A stretch of DNA of 64,000 nt from Ostreococcus lucimarinus (lineage: Eukaryota), in NCBI GenBank assembly GCA_000092065.1, contig CP000593.1; one strand, written 5' to 3'. Positions 60,408-64,000 of this stretch are shown in pieces (the first letter of the stretch is position 1; each line of letters begins with the position of its first letter). Position numbers and translations under genes: made by a program. Under the pieces are notes generated by a model. It did not search any database and was not told the origin of the DNA. It saw only the letters and a program-made list of their open reading frames with translations.

Positions 60408-61448
60408 ATGACGACGATGAACGAGTCCACGCCGCTCGTCCGCGCGCGCGCGCTCGACGGCGACGCCGAAGACGCGCAGACGGCTGACCAACACGCCGTC
60501 GATCGCACCGCGCGACGCACGCGCGCGAGCGTGCGCGCGCCCATCACGCTCGCGCTGTCGTGGGTGCTCTTACTCGTCGTCGCGGCGACGTATTATCACA
60601 GCGATGGATTCGACAGCGTGAAGCGAGCGACGCGCACGGTGAAGGGGGTGCGGGTGTTCGACGACGACGGCGATCGCCTGCAGTCGGCGCGAGTGTGCGA
60701 GAGCGCGTTCGCGAACGTCGAGCGCGTCGATGACGCGCACATATCGGTGAACGTGGCGCTGGCGAGCGGATTGGAGCGAATCTACGAACGGACGCGCGAG
60801 GAGGCGACGACGTGCGAGTCGGCGGAGGCGACGCGAGACAAGGTGTTGTGCGTCAACGCGACGGAGGTTTGGCGATGCGCGGAGCGCGCGGGAGTGCTGT
60901 TGCCGAATAAATCGATAAAGGATCGGTATTTAATCGCGACGGTGATCAAACACGCGCAGGAGAGCGATGTGTCGAAGTTTGCGTTCGTGGACGGACGCGC
61001 CGAGGTGGAGGGCGCGCTCGCGCCGACGGATCAACGCGCGTTGGGAGTGTTGATCGATAGCGACAAGTGGAACGCCGTGCGATTGACGTACGACGCGACG
61101 ATCGCGGTGAGCGGTGCGGACGCGGCGGAGGACGCGTGCCCGCACCAGTGTCGGTGCAAATTTTCCGAGGGCAAGCTCTGCGAGCTGCGCTCATCCGAGT
61201 GCCAACTGAACGAAGACTCTTTCTTCGTCCTTCGTCACGACGCCTACGGCGACGTTCTCAAATCCTTACCCCACGCCGTCGACGGTTCGAGCGCGCTCAA
61301 GAACGTCTTCCCTCAGTGGCTCGTCGTGCCGCCGTTCAAGTCAAAGACGACCGCCACGGGCGTCGAAGCCACCAGACCGCCGGCGCTCGGTCTCCCGCTC
61401 TCGTGCGTCGAGAAGGACGACGCCCCGACCAACGCCACGTCCCCGTGA
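60408..61448 (+). CDS. hypothetical type II membrane protein
   Basis: Cytosolic N-terminus, single TM (ITLALSWVLLLVVAATYY), Cys-containing luminal domain. No family assigned. Confidence 0.45.
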   Translation: MTTMNESTPLVRARALDGDAEDAQTADQHAVDRTARRTRASVRAPITLALSWVLLLVVAATYYHSDGFDSVKRATRTVKGVRVFDDDGDRLQSARVCESAFANVERVDDAHISVNVALASGLERIYERTREEATTCESAEATRDKVLCVNATEVWRCAERAGVLLPNKSIKDRYLIATVIKHAQESDVSKFAFVDGRAEVEGALAPTDQRALGVLIDSDKWNAVRLTYDATIAVSGADAAEDACPHQCRCKFSEGKLCELRSSECQLNEDSFFVLRHDAYGDVLKSLPHAVDGSSALKNVFPQWLVVPPFKSKTTATGVEATRPPALGLPLSCVEKDDAPTNATSP

Positions 61449-61607
61449 TCCACCCATCGCGTGTTGACATCGTTTTGTTTAGCTCACACCGTGTATCATA
61501 CCTTCGACCGCACTTCTCCGCCCGCCGTCTCTCCGCGAGTCCCGAGCGCCGTCCCGGTCGACGCGCCGTCCCAACACTAAAAATCTGTGCCCGCACACGC
61601 CGGCGTC

Positions 61608-63938
61608 ATGGCGCACGCCGAGCGCGCACCCCTGCTCGGCGTGCGCGCTCGACGCGCGCGCGATGACGACGACGATCGTCCGAGCGCGTCGCATCGCGCT
61701 GAGTCGCCCGAGCGCGGCGACAGCGGCGCGATCGGCGTCGACGACGACCGCCGTCGGTCGAGGCGCGGGACGAAAACTCGAAAGTACAGGCTCGCGCTGA
61801 CGCTGATCGCGATGAGCGTCATGCTGAGCGCGATGATGATGTCCGCGGCGGTGACGTTCGTGCGCAAGGCGGCGTCGATGGCGACGACGACGGTGCGGAC
61901 GCGACGCGTGGGCGTGGCGCCGCGCGCGAGAGAGGTGTTGAGCGACGAAGCGCTGCGCGCGTTTCCGTGGCTCGTCGAAGAGACGACGGCGACGATTTGG
62001 GGGGGTGGAGTAGATGTAGATGACGTCGGTGCGCTCGGGAGACGGGCGCACGCGAGGGCGCGGGTGGAGTTGGAGGACCCGCTGGAGGCGGAGTTGGAGC
62101 GAAACGCGCACGCGTTGGATCGAGCGCGCACGGTGGAGGATTTCGTGGCGATGAGCGTGCAAGTGGACGACGCGCACGCGGTAGGGAGAAAGCCGTTGCG
62201 CGAGTGGGCGCATAGGCCGGGATGGTACGAGGATTTACAGGCAAGAGGGAGCGCGATGGGTACGAATTTGGAATTCGGTGACGAGGCGTTTACGGTTTGC
62301 CTGTACAACTTACATAGATGGTCGCGACCGATCGGGACGTCGACTTGGGCGGAAGATTTGAGCGCGGTGTTGGATGCCAAGCGAGGCGTGCGCGCGGCGG
62401 CGAGAGAAAACTTGAAGGGACGTTGCGTGAAGGAGGTGTTGCACACCAATAGTCGGAGCGAGGAGCGGTGCATGGAAGCCGACGTCGTCATCTTTCGCGG
62501 GGACACGATGTTGAAACCATCGAGCTCGTTAGGAGTGAAAAGACGACTGGCGAAGAGCAGCGCGAGGTCTGCCGGTAGTAGCGACAAAGCCGACGGCAAC
62601 GCGACGGCGAGCGCGAGGAGCCTTCTTCGCGAAAGGTTGCGCAAGGCGCCCGAGGCGGCCAGGCGCGCGTCAAACGGTGCGGTCGCGTCGACGCACGCGC
62701 ATGCTAAATTAGGAGACCCCGGTGAAGACATTTTCGTCACGCATCTGCCGCAAAAGTCTCGACGAGATCAGGTGTACATGTACGTATCCACCGCCGCTCC
62801 CGCGGCGGAACAAACCGGACAAGATTTGAGAGATCAAATGTTACTTTCGCAAGTAGACTACTTGGCGACGTCGAATTCTGCACTCGAAAGCGTGTGGCGC
62901 TCGCCGCTGCCGACTGCAAAGTTCATGATTTCGTCCTTTGACGCGTTTCTGCGTCCGTTCCGCATGCGCGTACCTTTGATTGGATTCGGCGACAGCGCCG
63001 CGGCGTGCAAGCACGGTCGCTCGGTCGGGGCGCACATATTGAGACGAATTTCGCAAAAGTACCCGGTAGAATCGTTCGGAACGTGCATGAAGAACTACGA
63101 CGCCTCGTGGTTTGTGCCGAATCTCGGCGTATCGGCGTCTTCGGCGGAGACCATTCGAACGCAGCTCCAGCTGAGCAAATACTTGTTCTATTACGTCGCC
63201 GAAGAAGTGGATTGCCCCGGTCACGTCACCGAAAAGCTTTGGCTCCCACTGCTTCGCGGATCCATCCCAGTGTACTTTGGTACGAAAACCGTGGACGATT
63301 ACTTGCCCTGTCCGAAGAAAGACTGCGTGTTGCGCGTCAAAGATTTCGACAGCGTCGACGCTTTGGTGCGGCGCATGCGAGAAATCGCCGACGATCAAAA
63401 ACTATACGAGTCGCTCACCGCGTGGCGACACGAGGTGCCTTCAAACTGGCCGGAACGTTTCCGCACGGGCGTTGCGCGGGCGTCGCTTGATATTCAAGCC
63501 GTCGTGTGCGACGTCATGCGCGACGGCGACGACGCGCGACGACGCGGCTCGCAGTCCAATTTCGCCGCCGCCGCGCCGCAGAGCGCGCCTTGGTTGATCC
63601 AATCATACCCGAACAAACACATGGACATGGACGCCGTCATCGAGCTTGAAAAGTCTGGCGCGCGCGACGATTCGTACTGCGTGCGTCAAGAGCGCGTCTC
63701 CGCCTTGGGCGAAGTCTTCGCCGACCGCGTCGTCGTCGAGCGCCCCGTCTCGAACGTCGCCGTCGACGCTCTCGTCGCGGCGAACGCCTCGACGAACGCC
63801 TCGACGAACGCCGCCGAAGTCGAAGACGAAGACGAAGACGAGCTCCGTCTCGCCGACCCGAGTCGCCTGTACACCAAAGTGTGCGATTACGAAGCCGCCG
63901 CGTGCGGTCGACTCCTCCCCGATCCCACGATTAGCTAG
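61608..63938 (+). CDS. GT10-family alpha-1,3-fucosyltransferase-like type II membrane protein
   Basis: Track ORF begins at GTG 61587; ATG about 61608. TM LALTLIAMSVMLSAMMMSAAV. C-terminal GT10 motif region KYLFYYVAEEVDCPGHVTEKLWLPLLRGSIPVYFG. A 12-bp tandem (ANASTNASTNA) near the C-terminus. Confidence 0.65.
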   Translation: MAHAERAPLLGVRARRARDDDDDRPSASHRAESPERGDSGAIGVDDDRRRSRRGTKTRKYRLALTLIAMSVMLSAMMMSAAVTFVRKAASMATTTVRTRRVGVAPRAREVLSDEALRAFPWLVEETTATIWGGGVDVDDVGALGRRAHARARVELEDPLEAELERNAHALDRARTVEDFVAMSVQVDDAHAVGRKPLREWAHRPGWYEDLQARGSAMGTNLEFGDEAFTVCLYNLHRWSRPIGTSTWAEDLSAVLDAKRGVRAAARENLKGRCVKEVLHTNSRSEERCMEADVVIFRGDTMLKPSSSLGVKRRLAKSSARSAGSSDKADGNATASARSLLRERLRKAPEAARRASNGAVASTHAHAKLGDPGEDIFVTHLPQKSRRDQVYMYVSTAAPAAEQTGQDLRDQMLLSQVDYLATSNSALESVWRSPLPTAKFMISSFDAFLRPFRMRVPLIGFGDSAAACKHGRSVGAHILRRISQKYPVESFGTCMKNYDASWFVPNLGVSASSAETIRTQLQLSKYLFYYVAEEVDCPGHVTEKLWLPLLRGSIPVYFGTKTVDDYLPCPKKDCVLRVKDFDSVDALVRRMREIADDQKLYESLTAWRHEVPSNWPERFRTGVARASLDIQAVVCDVMRDGDDARRRGSQSNFAAAAPQSAPWLIQSYPNKHMDMDAVIELEKSGARDDSYCVRQERVSALGEVFADRVVVERPVSNVAVDALVAANASTNASTNAAEVEDEDEDELRLADPSRLYTKVCDYEAAACGRLLPDPTIS

Positions 63939-64000
63939 CTCGACGTATTGATATTCACCGTAGCGCTCGCAGCGACGCCTTCGCGCGCGCGACGCGCGCG

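Noticed and set aside
1-64000. Prokaryotic or operon-style interpretation, and a search for CRISPR arrays, rRNA and tRNA genes.
   Set aside because: Gene content is eukaryotic (Sm protein, NHP2, CIPK, ALG7, GT10, K+ channel). Spliceosomal introns are present. There are no regularly spaced direct repeats, no tRNA-like T-loop/acceptor signatures and no rRNA-like segments.

Overview
Assessment: this looks like a gene-dense nuclear-genome window from a very GC-rich, compact eukaryote, most plausibly a Mamiellophyceae green alga (Micromonas/Ostreococcus-like). The evidence is several things together. Overall GC is roughly 65%. There are spliceosomal introns with GT...AG boundaries and an ACTGAC branch motif. 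The EF-1alpha replacement gene EFL is present, as is a bacterial-type RNase P protein (rnpA). Many genes are plant/algal or organelle-related: ARC3-like, RbcX-like, CIPK with a NAF motif, ALG7, and SAMDC with its conserved uORF. I call about 40 protein-coding genes on both strands. Most are single-exon; I could resolve introns in four of them: a HAD-like gene, a TPI-SGL fusion, NHP2 and CIPK. Intergenic spacers are tiny, often under 150 bp between divergent starts, and show up as short AT-rich islands. I found no rRNA, tRNA, CRISPR or mobile elements.

How to read the calls: because of the GC content, every frame carries long spurious Arg/Ala-rich ORFs and many track ORFs begin at TTG/GTG. I therefore called genes by recognisable domain content and trimmed 5' ends to the first plausible ATG using frame arithmetic from the ORF track. 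Internal coordinates may be off by 1-3 nt.

Most notable observations:
- A single ORF fusing triosephosphate isomerase to an SMP-30/gluconolactonase-like (SGL) beta-propeller and a C-terminal zinc ribbon.
- A conserved peptide uORF upstream of SAMDC.
- Complementary pentanucleotide repeats in the 5' and 3' UTRs of EFL.
- A SET-domain plus Rossmann methyltransferase di-domain protein.
- A protein with multiple GATA-like zinc fingers, two with extended loops.
- Several nuclear genes of bacterial/cyanobacterial type with presequence-like N-termini: rnpA, HrpB helicase, AlaX, RbcX-like, ARC3-like.
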